From positions 128,001-192,000 of the forward strand of contig JAOPTT010000013.1 in NCBI GenBank assembly GCA_051531975.1: a stretch of 64,000 nucleotides of DNA, written 5' to 3'. Position 1 is the first letter of the stretch. Each line of letters starts with the position of its first letter. Position numbers and translations under genes: made by a program. Shown here one piece after another: positions 38,938 through 48,412 of the stretch. The notes below the pieces were generated by a model. That model searched no databases and was not told the DNA's origin. It was given only the letters and a program-made list of their open reading frames with translations. Source of the DNA: Spirochaetaceae bacterium. GTDB taxonomy: Bacteria; Spirochaetota; Spirochaetia; DSM-2461.

Positions 38938-41730
38938 ATGAAAGAGAGCATTCGAGGAAGTGTTAAAATAAGGATCTCAGATAATGAAATGACTGCTTAT
39001 ATAGATTATAAGAAGTCTGAAGTAGTATTTGAGTGGAGTGATAGAGCTATTAAAAATCTTTTAAAATCTGCTGGTGTAAAAAAAGGTTTTAAAGTTTTTC
39101 AATTTTCTAGAATTCTAAAAAAAATAAACACATCCACTGAAGATTGCACATATGAGATTGCCAGTGGACTAGAGCCTAGTTCAGGAGTAAGAGCCTGCTA
39201 TCATTTTACAGAAAAAGTTATGCCAAAAACCCTCGAGGAGACTTATAACAACCTGAATGACAGTCTAAGTAAACCAGATGTTTTTACTGTGTTAGAAGGT
39301 AAAGTTTTAGGTACAGAACCGGATAAAATCTCTTATGATATTTTAAATAGTTATTACGTAGATAAACATGAAACTATTGCCACTATTGATTTAGAAAGTA
39401 AAAATACGCCTGGTTTTACTGTTACTGGAAAAGATTTAGATCCAAAAGAGGATGAATCAGATAAGATCTTTTGTGTAAGTAGAGATATAAAGATAAAAGA
39501 AAACAGACTTGTAACATCAGGAAGTGGTTTTTTGCGTATAGGAAAAAACTGGGTAGATATCATACCTTTTAAAGGGCATGTTATAGATATACAACCAAGT
39601 GATGATTATGCAGAATACTTTATATCATTTACTCCAGGAAGTGTGGACGCTCCGGCACCTGAGTACGATGATATTCTCAATAATTTTGTAAACATAGATT
39701 ACCCATTAGACCATCTTTTAGATGAAAAAACGTTAATTCCATTTTTAAAAAAAGCAGTTAAAGCTGAAAAAACTGTAAAGATATCTTTAACAAAAAAGAA
39801 GAAAGCAAAAATGGAGATAGAGGTTAATCCAACTAAAACTCAAGCTTCTTTAATTTTGGAGAAAGGTGCAGGTCCTGGACAAAAACTATCATTGAAAGCG
39901 ATAGGTGCTCTTATTAGAGAGAGTAAAATTAAAGGTATGAACCTCGATCTTTTGAAAAAGAGGATCTTAGAGTTCTATAAAAGTAAAAACTTAAAGTTAG
40001 ATTACACTATATTGGAAGGAAAACCTGCAACTAGAGGTGAAGCTAGAAGACTCAAATATCAAAAAGAGTTTGTTCCTGTAGATAAGATTGAAGGATTAAT
40101 TTCAAGAATAAGCCAAGATCAACAGGCATTTTATCCTTCTTTTAAGTCATTTGATAAAGATGATATTACATCTGGAATAATTGTAGCAAAGGGTTTTGAA
40201 TTTGCTTTATTAACAGAACAAATTCCTGGAGATGATGGTACCGATATTTATGGTAAAAAGATTAAGGGTCTTGTTGGTAATGACCCAATAATTGAGACTT
40301 TTGAAAATATATCAATAAAGCAGAATAAATATATTTCAGAGATAGATGGTATATTAGATATTGGAGATGTTGATGGAGTTACATATTTAAGGGTTCGAGA
40401 ACATAAAGATATGTATGTTGATGTAATCTTATCAGCAGATGCTATGAGTGCATCTTTAACATTTTATAAGTCTGAGGGTTCAGGAGAAGATGCATCAATT
40501 GATTTTATAAATGAACAGATTGAAGAATCAGGAGTTGTAAAAGGTATTCATGAAGAAGTTATAAAAGAATCTTTTGAAAATTTTGAAAATGGAGAACTCG
40601 TATCTGAAATAGTTTTTGCAAAAGGTCAAATTCCAACTGATAAAAAGAGTAGTCAATTAAAGTACTTTAATGGTAATGGTCAAAATAGGTTTTCCTACGA
40701 GATAGAGAAAGGTTCTTCTATAGCCCAGATTTTTCCTTCAAAAGAGAGTGCAGAAGATGGGTATGATGTTTTGGGTACTATAATGGAGTCATCTGGAGTA
40801 ATTTCATTAGACCTTAAAATAGGAGATTATATATCTGAAGAAAAACAAGAAGATGAATCTATAATACTAAAAGCTGATATAAATGGTGAGTTGAAAGTAG
40901 ATGATAATTCTGTCGCTATAGTTGATAAGAAGGTATTACCTGGCGATGTTAATGTAAAAACTGGAAGCATTAAAACTTTGTGTTCTTTGGTTGTAAAAGG
41001 CAGTGTTTATTCATCACTTTATGTTGTTTCCGGTGGAAATATAAAAATTATGGGAACTGTTCAGGGAGCATTAATTAGTGCGGATAAAAACATCATAATC
41101 GCACAAGGTGTAAAAGGTGAAGATAAAGCAGTTCTTAGGGCAAAAGAGAAAATTGATGTTAAATTTATAGAGAAAGCCAATATGATGGCTGTTGATGATA
41201 TTCATATTAGGAAGGCTGCTCTTCATACAAAGATAATTTGTAATGGTAAAATCTTATTAGATAAAAATGGTTCTAAAATAGTTGGTGGAGAAACATATAC
41301 TAGAAAAGGACTATCTGTTGATGAAATAGGTTCTCCAGCTTCTGGCAAAACTCTGATTTCTTTTGGACAAGACTATTTGGTTGCGGATAAAATAAAAGTA
41401 TTTGAAGGTGATATTGATAATATTCAACAAGATCTTCTTAAAATTGATCAGATATTACATAAGCCCACTGGTCACCATAATTCAGACAAAATAAATCATT
41501 TAAGAAAGCAGAAAGTTTTTTTAATGAAGAAACTTGAAAAGAAAAATATGAAGCTATTTTTATTAAGAGAAAAATTTGAAGAACACTCCCCTTCTGAAAT
41601 TACTATTAGAAAAAAAATATACCCTGGTGCAATATTTGAATCTCATGGTAGAAAGCTAGAAATAATAGATGAACAATCAAAATGTAAAATAAAATTTAAC
41701 CCAAATACTGGGCAGATAGAACAAACATAA
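38938..41730 (+). CDS. FapA/DUF342-family protein
   Basis: Repeated 'ISDNEMTA/LSADAMSA...GVVKG...AKG' N-domains and beta-helix (GDVNVKTGSI...IVGG) C-domain. Confidence 0.85.
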   Translation: MKESIRGSVKIRISDNEMTAYIDYKKSEVVFEWSDRAIKNLLKSAGVKKGFKVFQFSRILKKINTSTEDCTYEIASGLEPSSGVRACYHFTEKVMPKTLEETYNNLNDSLSKPDVFTVLEGKVLGTEPDKISYDILNSYYVDKHETIATIDLESKNTPGFTVTGKDLDPKEDESDKIFCVSRDIKIKENRLVTSGSGFLRIGKNWVDIIPFKGHVIDIQPSDDYAEYFISFTPGSVDAPAPEYDDILNNFVNIDYPLDHLLDEKTLIPFLKKAVKAEKTVKISLTKKKKAKMEIEVNPTKTQASLILEKGAGPGQKLSLKAIGALIRESKIKGMNLDLLKKRILEFYKSKNLKLDYTILEGKPATRGEARRLKYQKEFVPVDKIEGLISRISQDQQAFYPSFKSFDKDDITSGIIVAKGFEFALLTEQIPGDDGTDIYGKKIKGLVGNDPIIETFENISIKQNKYISEIDGILDIGDVDGVTYLRVREHKDMYVDVILSADAMSASLTFYKSEGSGEDASIDFINEQIEESGVVKGIHEEVIKESFENFENGELVSEIVFAKGQIPTDKKSSQLKYFNGNGQNRFSYEIEKGSSIAQIFPSKESAEDGYDVLGTIMESSGVISLDLKIGDYISEEKQEDESIILKADINGELKVDDNSVAIVDKKVLPGDVNVKTGSIKTLCSLVVKGSVYSSLYVVSGGNIKIMGTVQGALISADKNIIIAQGVKGEDKAVLRAKEKIDVKFIEKANMMAVDDIHIRKAALHTKIICNGKILLDKNGSKIVGGETYTRKGLSVDEIGSPASGKTLISFGQDYLVADKIKVFEGDIDNIQQDLLKIDQILHKPTGHHNSDKINHLRKQKVFLMKKLEKKNMKLFLLREKFEEHSPSEITIRKKIYPGAIFESHGRKLEIIDEQSKCKIKFNPNTGQIEQT

Positions 41731-41745
41731 TTCAAAGGAGAATTA

Positions 41746-42717
41746 ATGACACTATTTTATTATATAAACTATCCTGAGTGGATAACACCCGAGATAATAC
41801 CAGGGTTTTTTGTACGTTGGTACGCTGTAATGTATCTTGTTGTATTAGTTCTTACTCAAGTATTGTTTTTAAAACTGATAAAAAAAGATAAATATAATAT
41901 AAGCAAAGAAGTTGCAACTGATTATATCTTTTATTTAATGATTGGTTTAATAGTTGGAGCTCGTATTTTTTCTACACTGTTCTATGAAACAGATGATTAT
42001 TATAGAAATGCGCCTTGGTTAATCTTTTGGCCATTTAGAAATGGTAGTTTTGTAGGGTTTCAGGGAATGTCATACCATGGAGGTGTTATTGGTGGAATTG
42101 TTACAGCAATAATATTTAGTAAAGTAAAAAAAGTAAATTTCCTCGATATGGCAGATTATCTAGTTACTGCAGGACCCTTAGGGTTTACATTTGGTAGAAT
42201 AGGTAACTTTATAAATGGTGAGCTTTATGGCCGAATAACTCAATCATCTGTGGGGATGGTCTTTAAAACAACTCCTATAAGTCATAGGTTTAAGGCCTCT
42301 GAGCAGTGGGTGCAAGATTATGCAGCTAAAATAGGTATGGATATTTCAAATCAAACAATTGTTAATTTACCAAGACACCCTTCTCAGCTTTATGAAGCAT
42401 TTTTTGAGGGAGTTTTTATTTGGTATATTATGTGGTTTATATTAAGGAAATTAAAAACGTTTAAAGGCTTTTTACTTTCTATGTATTTCATTCTTTTTGG
42501 TACATTAAGATTTATTGTTGAATATTTTAGACAACCTGACGATGGCTTAGACTTTCCAATTCATTTAGGTCCACCTTCTGGAAATTATGAATTTAAATCA
42601 TTATTAAATATTACAGCAGGGCAGATTTTTTCTTTTTATATGGTTATTGCTGGAATTATACTTTTAATTGGATTCAAAATTTATGATAGGAAAGTTACTC
42701 AAAGAAGCATAAAATGA
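41746..42717 (+). CDS. lgt: Prolipoprotein diacylglyceryl transferase
   Basis: VRWYA, GARI, GMSYHGG, GRIGNFINGELYGR, RHPSQLYEA, RFIVEYFR. Confidence 0.98.
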   Translation: MTLFYYINYPEWITPEIIPGFFVRWYAVMYLVVLVLTQVLFLKLIKKDKYNISKEVATDYIFYLMIGLIVGARIFSTLFYETDDYYRNAPWLIFWPFRNGSFVGFQGMSYHGGVIGGIVTAIIFSKVKKVNFLDMADYLVTAGPLGFTFGRIGNFINGELYGRITQSSVGMVFKTTPISHRFKASEQWVQDYAAKIGMDISNQTIVNLPRHPSQLYEAFFEGVFIWYIMWFILRKLKTFKGFLLSMYFILFGTLRFIVEYFRQPDDGLDFPIHLGPPSGNYEFKSLLNITAGQIFSFYMVIAGIILLIGFKIYDRKVTQRSIK

Positions 42718-43868
42718 AAAGAATAAGCATCACTTCTGTTATTTTATTATTAATTTTATGTGAAATTAATGCAGAAGTTGTTGGCGTTCCAAAGTATGAT
42801 TATTCTATTAACCCATTAATAGGTTCTGTTTTACAGGACTTTGAAGAGGAATCTACACTTTCATGGTTGTCAGAAGACTATGGGGTTGCTTTATCAATAA
42901 AAGCGTGGGAAGGTTCAACATTCTCTGATGTTACTGCAATGTTTAATGAGTTAACAGAAGGTTTTAATGCTGCCGGTGATTGTGTCAAATTCGATTACTT
43001 AGATATGCAAGGTGTTATCGGTGAAGTTACTTTCCCTGTTTCTGGGGTAAATAATAAAGGTTGGATAATATTCCTAAATGGTTCAAAATTTGATTATTAT
43101 CTTATAAGCTTTACGTTAGAAGATAATTATCGTGAGTATTATAGCGAAATTCAGTCAGTTTTAGATAGTTTTTCTTCTAGTTCTGAAGGGGCATTACGCC
43201 CTGGACCTGTTAGTGCGTTTTATGATCAATCACCAACAAATGTTAATCAGGATTATACTGTTGATTTTTTTGATAACAAATTAGAAATAAAATCTTCCAA
43301 ATATAGCTTTACGACTTCTCAAACTGCTATCGAAAGAGAAGCTAACGTTATGCTAAACTATAGTAATAATCCAGAACTTTTTTACAAAGCATGGTCCCGT
43401 TATTATAAGTTGATATTTAGAGATAACTATTCAAGACTTGAACCTGTATATCAGGGTTTATATCCCTATTTTGCAAATGATAAGTATACCGATTATGAAC
43501 TTACAGAACTTTTAATGTTTTGGATACAAGGTTATACTTATGCCCGTAGTTTAGAAAGTGCTTCTGACCTTTTAAATCCAATTGAAGCAGCTTTAACAAA
43601 AACTGGAGATTGTGATTCAAGGTCACTCATTTTAGGTATCTTATTACACAAGTTTGGTATAAATAGTATTTTACTGACATCAGAAAAGGTAAAACATGCT
43701 TTACTTGCAGTAAATTGTCCTGGAGAAGGCGCAACATATGAATATAATGGAAAAAAGTATCTTACAGTTGAATTAACTGCTAAAATGTTAATTGGAGAAA
43801 TAAGTGAAAAACATTCTGATCTTAGTTTGTGGACACCTGTAGAGATGGAGTATACAAATGGATATTAA
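42714..43868 (+). CDS. Secreted transglutaminase-like cysteine-protease-fold protein
   Basis: Signal peptide; GDCDSRS...HALLAV...VELT putative Cys-His-Glu triad. Confidence 0.65.
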   Translation: MKRISITSVILLLILCEINAEVVGVPKYDYSINPLIGSVLQDFEEESTLSWLSEDYGVALSIKAWEGSTFSDVTAMFNELTEGFNAAGDCVKFDYLDMQGVIGEVTFPVSGVNNKGWIIFLNGSKFDYYLISFTLEDNYREYYSEIQSVLDSFSSSSEGALRPGPVSAFYDQSPTNVNQDYTVDFFDNKLEIKSSKYSFTTSQTAIEREANVMLNYSNNPELFYKAWSRYYKLIFRDNYSRLEPVYQGLYPYFANDKYTDYELTELLMFWIQGYTYARSLESASDLLNPIEAALTKTGDCDSRSLILGILLHKFGINSILLTSEKVKHALLAVNCPGEGATYEYNGKKYLTVELTAKMLIGEISEKHSDLSLWTPVEMEYTNGY

Positions 43869-45033
43869 AAAGATTAAAAGAGATATGAATGCAACATTTC
43901 GTAGATCACGTTTTATTTTACCTCTGTTAATTGTAACAGTAATTATATGGCTTTTTGGTTTTATTATATTTGTTTTAGAAAGTAGACATGGCAACCCAGC
44001 TTTTTCATCACTTTTTGATGGTATTTGGGCAGCGATAATTACACTTAGTTCAACAGGTTATGGTATTAAAGTTGCTGAATCTTTACCGGGGAAAATATTT
44101 ACATTTGTAATTATATTTTTTGGAATTGGTTTAACCAGTTATTTAGCAGGGGCATTTGCTTCCCTGTTTGTTGATAGAAACTCAAAAGCAAGGAGAGGTT
44201 TAATGGAATACCCCAATATGAAAAATCATCTAGTTATTTGTGGGTGGTCTAGAAGAATGAAGGAAATTCTTTCCTATATTATAGAAGAATCAGATGATAT
44301 TCATTCAAGTGAAATTATCCTACTAAATAATGCAGATCCAGAGCAAATAGAACTTGTTAGAGAGCATAAATTATTGGCTGATATAAAATTTGTAAGAGGG
44401 GAGTTTTTTGCTCCTACTCATCTAAATAGGGCAAATATTAAAGATGCTAGGAAAGTTATAGTATTAGCTGATACTTTAATAAAAACTTCATTTGCAGAAA
44501 TTGATTCAAAAACAATAATGACTGTTATGACAATTAAATCTATTTCTAGAGATACCTATGTTTGTGCAGAATTATTAGATAAAAAATATGAAGCTAACTT
44601 AAAACAAGCTTCATGTGATGAAATACTCTTAAGCCGTGAGATGGCAAAAAATATAGTAGCAAATGCTACAATATCTCAGGGGATGTCCCATATAATAAAT
44701 GATCTATTAAGTGGTGAAGACTCTCTTTTAAAAACCATGGATATTCCTGTAAAATTTATAGGAAAAGAGTATTCAAGCTTTTTAAAAGAAGTAACCAAAA
44801 ATGGATTAGTTGTTCTAGGTGTATTAGAAAATGCGGTACCTGTAAATATAATGAAAATGGAAGCACTTCGGGAAGCTCAGAAAACTACAGATATCTCAGC
44901 ATTAGTTCAAAACTTAAAAGATGTAAAAGTCATGAGTGTAAATAATCCCTATTTTGCACCATCTAAGGATTATCTAATAAAAAAATACTCTATGGCTATA
45001 GTTTTAGAAAGGGTGGCTCATGATGAAGAATAA
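43858..45033 (+). CDS. Two-TM potassium channel with RCK/TrkA-N domain
   Basis: TM-pore helix (DGIWAAIITLSSTGYG)-TM; NHLVICGW Rossmann RCK. Confidence 0.88.
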   Translation: MDIKKIKRDMNATFRRSRFILPLLIVTVIIWLFGFIIFVLESRHGNPAFSSLFDGIWAAIITLSSTGYGIKVAESLPGKIFTFVIIFFGIGLTSYLAGAFASLFVDRNSKARRGLMEYPNMKNHLVICGWSRRMKEILSYIIEESDDIHSSEIILLNNADPEQIELVREHKLLADIKFVRGEFFAPTHLNRANIKDARKVIVLADTLIKTSFAEIDSKTIMTVMTIKSISRDTYVCAELLDKKYEANLKQASCDEILLSREMAKNIVANATISQGMSHIINDLLSGEDSLLKTMDIPVKFIGKEYSSFLKEVTKNGLVVLGVLENAVPVNIMKMEALREAQKTTDISALVQNLKDVKVMSVNNPYFAPSKDYLIKKYSMAIVLERVAHDEE

Positions 45034-45535
45034 CGACTCTGAAGTAACAGGAAGACTTGATAAATTAGCGCAGATTCCACTTTTTAGCTCATTTGCAAAA
45101 GACCGAGAGTCATTAATTAAACTTAACGATATATGTTCAATGAAAAGATTCGAAGAAGAGTCTATTGTTATAGCCGAAGGTTCTTCTGGTGATGATATGT
45201 TTATTGTGTTTGAAGGCATAGTTGAAATACGTAAAAAAACTAGAAGTGGTGATGAATATACAGTAGTTCAGTTAAAAGCTGAGTATAATGTTTTTTTTGG
45301 TGAACTTGCTATTGTAAGTGATGGAGAGCGATCAGCGACGGTAATAACAAAATCGAACTGTTCGTTTCTTGTTATTACCAAAAAAGACTTTGAAGATTTT
45401 TGTGAACAACACCCAACTATCGGGCTGCACATAACCAGAGAAATTTTGAAAACTGTATCCGCTCGTCTTAGAAAAACAAATGACGATATGCTAACAATTT
45501 TTGATGCCTTAGTTAATGAAATTAAGAATTCGTAG
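45020..45535 (+). CDS. Stand-alone cyclic-nucleotide-binding protein (no HTH)
   Basis: IPLFS...IAEGSSGDDMFIVFEG...FFGELAI...ERSATV; overlaps the channel stop codon. Confidence 0.9.
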   Translation: MMKNNDSEVTGRLDKLAQIPLFSSFAKDRESLIKLNDICSMKRFEEESIVIAEGSSGDDMFIVFEGIVEIRKKTRSGDEYTVVQLKAEYNVFFGELAIVSDGERSATVITKSNCSFLVITKKDFEDFCEQHPTIGLHITREILKTVSARLRKTNDDMLTIFDALVNEIKNS

Positions 45536-45546
45536 TAATTTATGAA

Positions 45547-45578
45547 TTCTAGGTGTATGAATTTTTATACACCTAGAA
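45547..45578 (+). terminator. Stem-loop (probable terminator) ending the flhG-like...cNMP operon
   Basis: Perfect 12-bp inverted repeat TTCTAGGTGTAT / ATACACCTAGAA with 8-nt loop. Confidence 0.7.
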
Positions 45579-45630
45579 GCTAAATGTTATTGTTTAAGCA
45601 ATTTATCTTGGCTCTTATTACTTTTTTAAG

Positions 45631-45648
45631 TTGGCATAATAATTGCAA
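45631..45648 (+). promoter_or_regulatory. Sigma-54 (-24/-12) promoter
   Basis: TTGGCATAATAATTGCAA: GG-N10-GC, matching TGGCAY-N5-TTGCA. Confidence 0.75.
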
Positions 45649-45658
45649 TAATATTGTT

Positions 45659-46258
45659 ATGAATAAAGATATAAAACTAATTAAAAAAAATTATACCCCA
45701 ATTCAAAAAGAGCTTGTTAGAAAAACCATTCATATGACAATTGCATTTATTCCACTTTTTATAAATGTAAATAGAGTACTCACAATAATACTATTGATCA
45801 TGGGTTCTGCATTATACCTATTAAGTGAATATTATAGAGCAAGTGGTAGAGTTGGTTTTAGATTTATTAGTACTATTTCAGCAATTGCTTCTAGAGATAG
45901 GGATAGAGGATTAACCTTAGGGCCTGTAACACTAGCAATGGGAACATTATTAGTGTTATTAACATTTAACCCTGTAGCTGCGACTTGTGGTATATATGCT
46001 TTAGCTTTTGGTGATGGATTGTCTAGTGTCACTGGTAAACTTTGGGGAACAAAAAAAATTCCTCTTACAGGTGGTAAATCTTTTGTAGGATTCTTTACCT
46101 GCTTCACAATGATATTATCAACTACTTATGGTGTTACAGGATCATTATCAAAATCTATTTTTGCAGCAATAGGTGGTTCTCTGATTGAATTAGTACCAAT
46201 AAAAGATGTTGATAATTTATTGATCCCATTTGTTGTAGCTTTAATTGTTACTATTTAA
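45659..46258 (+). CDS. CTP-dependent polyprenol/phytol/diacylglycerol kinase family membrane protein
   Basis: ELVRKTIH, LAFGDGLSSVTGK, GKSFVG, DNLLIP; start set at ATG 45659. Confidence 0.85.
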   Translation: MNKDIKLIKKNYTPIQKELVRKTIHMTIAFIPLFINVNRVLTIILLIMGSALYLLSEYYRASGRVGFRFISTISAIASRDRDRGLTLGPVTLAMGTLLVLLTFNPVAATCGIYALAFGDGLSSVTGKLWGTKKIPLTGGKSFVGFFTCFTMILSTTYGVTGSLSKSIFAAIGGSLIELVPIKDVDNLLIPFVVALIVTI

Positions 46259-47005
46259 CTAACTCCAGAGTGTTATCGTGTGTATACTTTTTAAATAAAC
46301 AATAGATCCAAATATTAATAACAAACACATTATAATCCCAGTTAAAATATTAAGTGAAATAAATGAGAGTATTAGAGATAGAGTTAAAACTGTTGAAGAT
46401 ATTCCTATATAAATATATTCTCTGTTTTTTGCATCAAAGGCATTTTTAAAAAACGTAGCGGTTGTAATTACAGACACTGTGAGGGTTAAGATAAATTCTT
46501 CTTTATTATAAATAATTTTTGGCAACATATTTTGTTGTATAGTCCCAGTATTAAAATGAATAAATAGAGACAATATTAAAGAAACAAGAAGTGAAATTAA
46601 TAACCAACTGCCTATCTTTTGTTTTTTAAAGCTAAAAGAGAATAGGGAGGCACCTAAAAGAGACAGTAGTGCAAAATATTTAAAGAATATACAAGTCCTT
46701 GCAATTATTAACATGACCATAAACGTCTCAGATCTAAATATAGGTTCAATTATTCTAATGCTTTGTATTGATAGGGATGATAAGAAAACAACAAAAAATA
46801 TAATTTCTGAAGTTAAACTCTTTTTATAAAATACCTGAATAATTATAGATAATACTAATACTATTAAAGTAATAATTAATATTACTAATTGCTGGGCATT
46901 CCATAACACTGGATATATACATATGAGAGTACTTAAAAGAACTAAAACCATGGAATTTATTGCAGTTCCAAAGTTAAGAATTGTATTTTTTGTTTTTAAT
47001 GTCAT
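46259..47005 (-). CDS. Hypothetical polytopic membrane protein
   Basis: About 8 hydrophobic segments; TTGACG-17-TTTAAT promoter immediately upstream. Confidence 0.6.
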   Translation of the reverse strand: MTLKTKNTILNFGTAINSMVLVLLSTLICIYPVLWNAQQLVILIITLIVLVLSIIIQVFYKKSLTSEIIFFVVFLSSLSIQSIRIIEPIFRSETFMVMLIIARTCIFFKYFALLSLLGASLFSFSFKKQKIGSWLLISLLVSLILSLFIHFNTGTIQQNMLPKIIYNKEEFILTLTVSVITTATFFKNAFDAKNREYIYIGISSTVLTLSLILSFISLNILTGIIMCLLLIFGSIVYLKSIHTITLWS

Positions 47006-47101
47006 AACTAATTAAACAATATATCATAATAAACGTCAAAAAGTTAAAAAATAATTTATTAAATTTACTGTTTTGTTCGATATTCTCTATAAGGAGTTAT
47101 T

Positions 47102-47788
47102 ATGAAAAAACTTTCTATTTTTCTATTTTTAATATTATTCACATCTTTTGTTTATGCAGGTGATGTTTCAAATTTTGTTAACTTAGGTTTTTCTTCTGAT
47201 GGGAAATATTTCTTATTTGGAGAGTATGGAATAATTACAGATGTACAAAAAGCATATGCAAACATGTGGTTAGTGGACGTTAAAAAGAATTCTTTTGTAA
47301 ATGGTGGCACATTTTCAGGAGAATATAAGACCGTTATTGAGCCAGGAGAGTCATCTATAGGTGGTTTATTAAAATTACTCAACAAAGGTTCAAAAAAGGT
47401 TGATATGTATAAAATTGATCATCTAGAGCAAGGTCGTCCTTTATATGTAAGAATAAATGATGATGATAATGTAGACATTTTAAATTTTAGAGATTTTATG
47501 ACTGGCTTAAAGTATAAGTTAGTACTTAATAAAAAAAGTAGAGAATCAGGTGATACAAACTACTCTTCTTTTGGTATAGATCTTGAAACAACTGATCAAA
47601 ATGGAAAAGTTTCAACTTATAAGTTAGGAAATCCCAGTTTTGAAAGAAAGAATGTTATAGATTATAAAATAGAAAGGATTTTAAATAGTTCAACAGGTAA
47701 TAATATTGTCGTTGTGATTTCAAAATATATAAAGAATTCAGATAGTATTAATATTCGTTATATGGTTGAAACTATTAGCTTAAAGTAG
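47102..47788 (+). CDS. DUF2259-like secreted protein
   Basis: Signal peptide, then GDVSNFVNLGFSSDGKYFLFGEYG; SD AAGGAG. Confidence 0.7.
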   Translation: MKKLSIFLFLILFTSFVYAGDVSNFVNLGFSSDGKYFLFGEYGIITDVQKAYANMWLVDVKKNSFVNGGTFSGEYKTVIEPGESSIGGLLKLLNKGSKKVDMYKIDHLEQGRPLYVRINDDDNVDILNFRDFMTGLKYKLVLNKKSRESGDTNYSSFGIDLETTDQNGKVSTYKLGNPSFERKNVIDYKIERILNSSTGNNIVVVISKYIKNSDSINIRYMVETISLK

Positions 47789-47810
47789 ATTATCACCTTA
47801 TTATATATAT

Positions 47811-48410
47811 ATGAGATACTTTTTAATTATAATTTATATTTTTATATCACTTCATATATGCTTCTCTTTAGATTTAGGAGGAGCTTTTTCTATCGATTAT
47901 TATAATAATCCAATTGAAGATAGTGCGCCTTCTCCAATTCAGGTAAGACCCATATTATTCTATAATCTTGATATCAGTATTTTTAATCTAAGAACTGGTT
48001 TAGGTATTGTTGAGGGAAACTATGAGGTTAGCTCCGACGATTTACCCGTTTTTAATGATATGTATAGTGGTTTTTATACTCTGGAATTTGATATCTTTGC
48101 TTACCCAGGCATTTCTTTTAATATTACAGAGTCCATTTCACTAGGTATTGCTGCAGGTGGAGGAGTTAGACTCCCATTGCTTACAAAAGTTGATGACGAT
48201 TTAGATGATGATGTAAATACTGATGATGCCTTTGATTGGTTCTATTCAGATCTAAATTTCTTGTTTTGGGGTGTTCAGTTATATACTAAAATTAAGCTAC
48301 CTTTAAGTGAAACTACAAGATTTTTTGGAGCAATTTATTATAAAGATTTTATTACTAGAGATGATCAATGGATAATAGGTGCCACAACTGGAATGTTGTG
48401 GCAATTTTGA
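47811..48410 (+). CDS. Putative small outer-membrane beta-barrel protein
   Basis: Signal peptide, amphipathic beta-strands, C-terminal GMLWQF ending in Phe. Confidence 0.55.
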   Translation: MRYFLIIIYIFISLHICFSLDLGGAFSIDYYNNPIEDSAPSPIQVRPILFYNLDISIFNLRTGLGIVEGNYEVSSDDLPVFNDMYSGFYTLEFDIFAYPGISFNITESISLGIAAGGGVRLPLLTKVDDDLDDDVNTDDAFDWFYSDLNFLFWGVQLYTKIKLPLSETTRFFGAIYYKDFITRDDQWIIGATTGMLWQF

Positions 48411-48412
48411 TA

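Noticed and set aside
45584..45658. N-terminal extension of the kinase ORF given by the ORF track
   Set aside because: No SD, not family-like, and it spans the sigma-54 motif; ATG 45659 is more plausible
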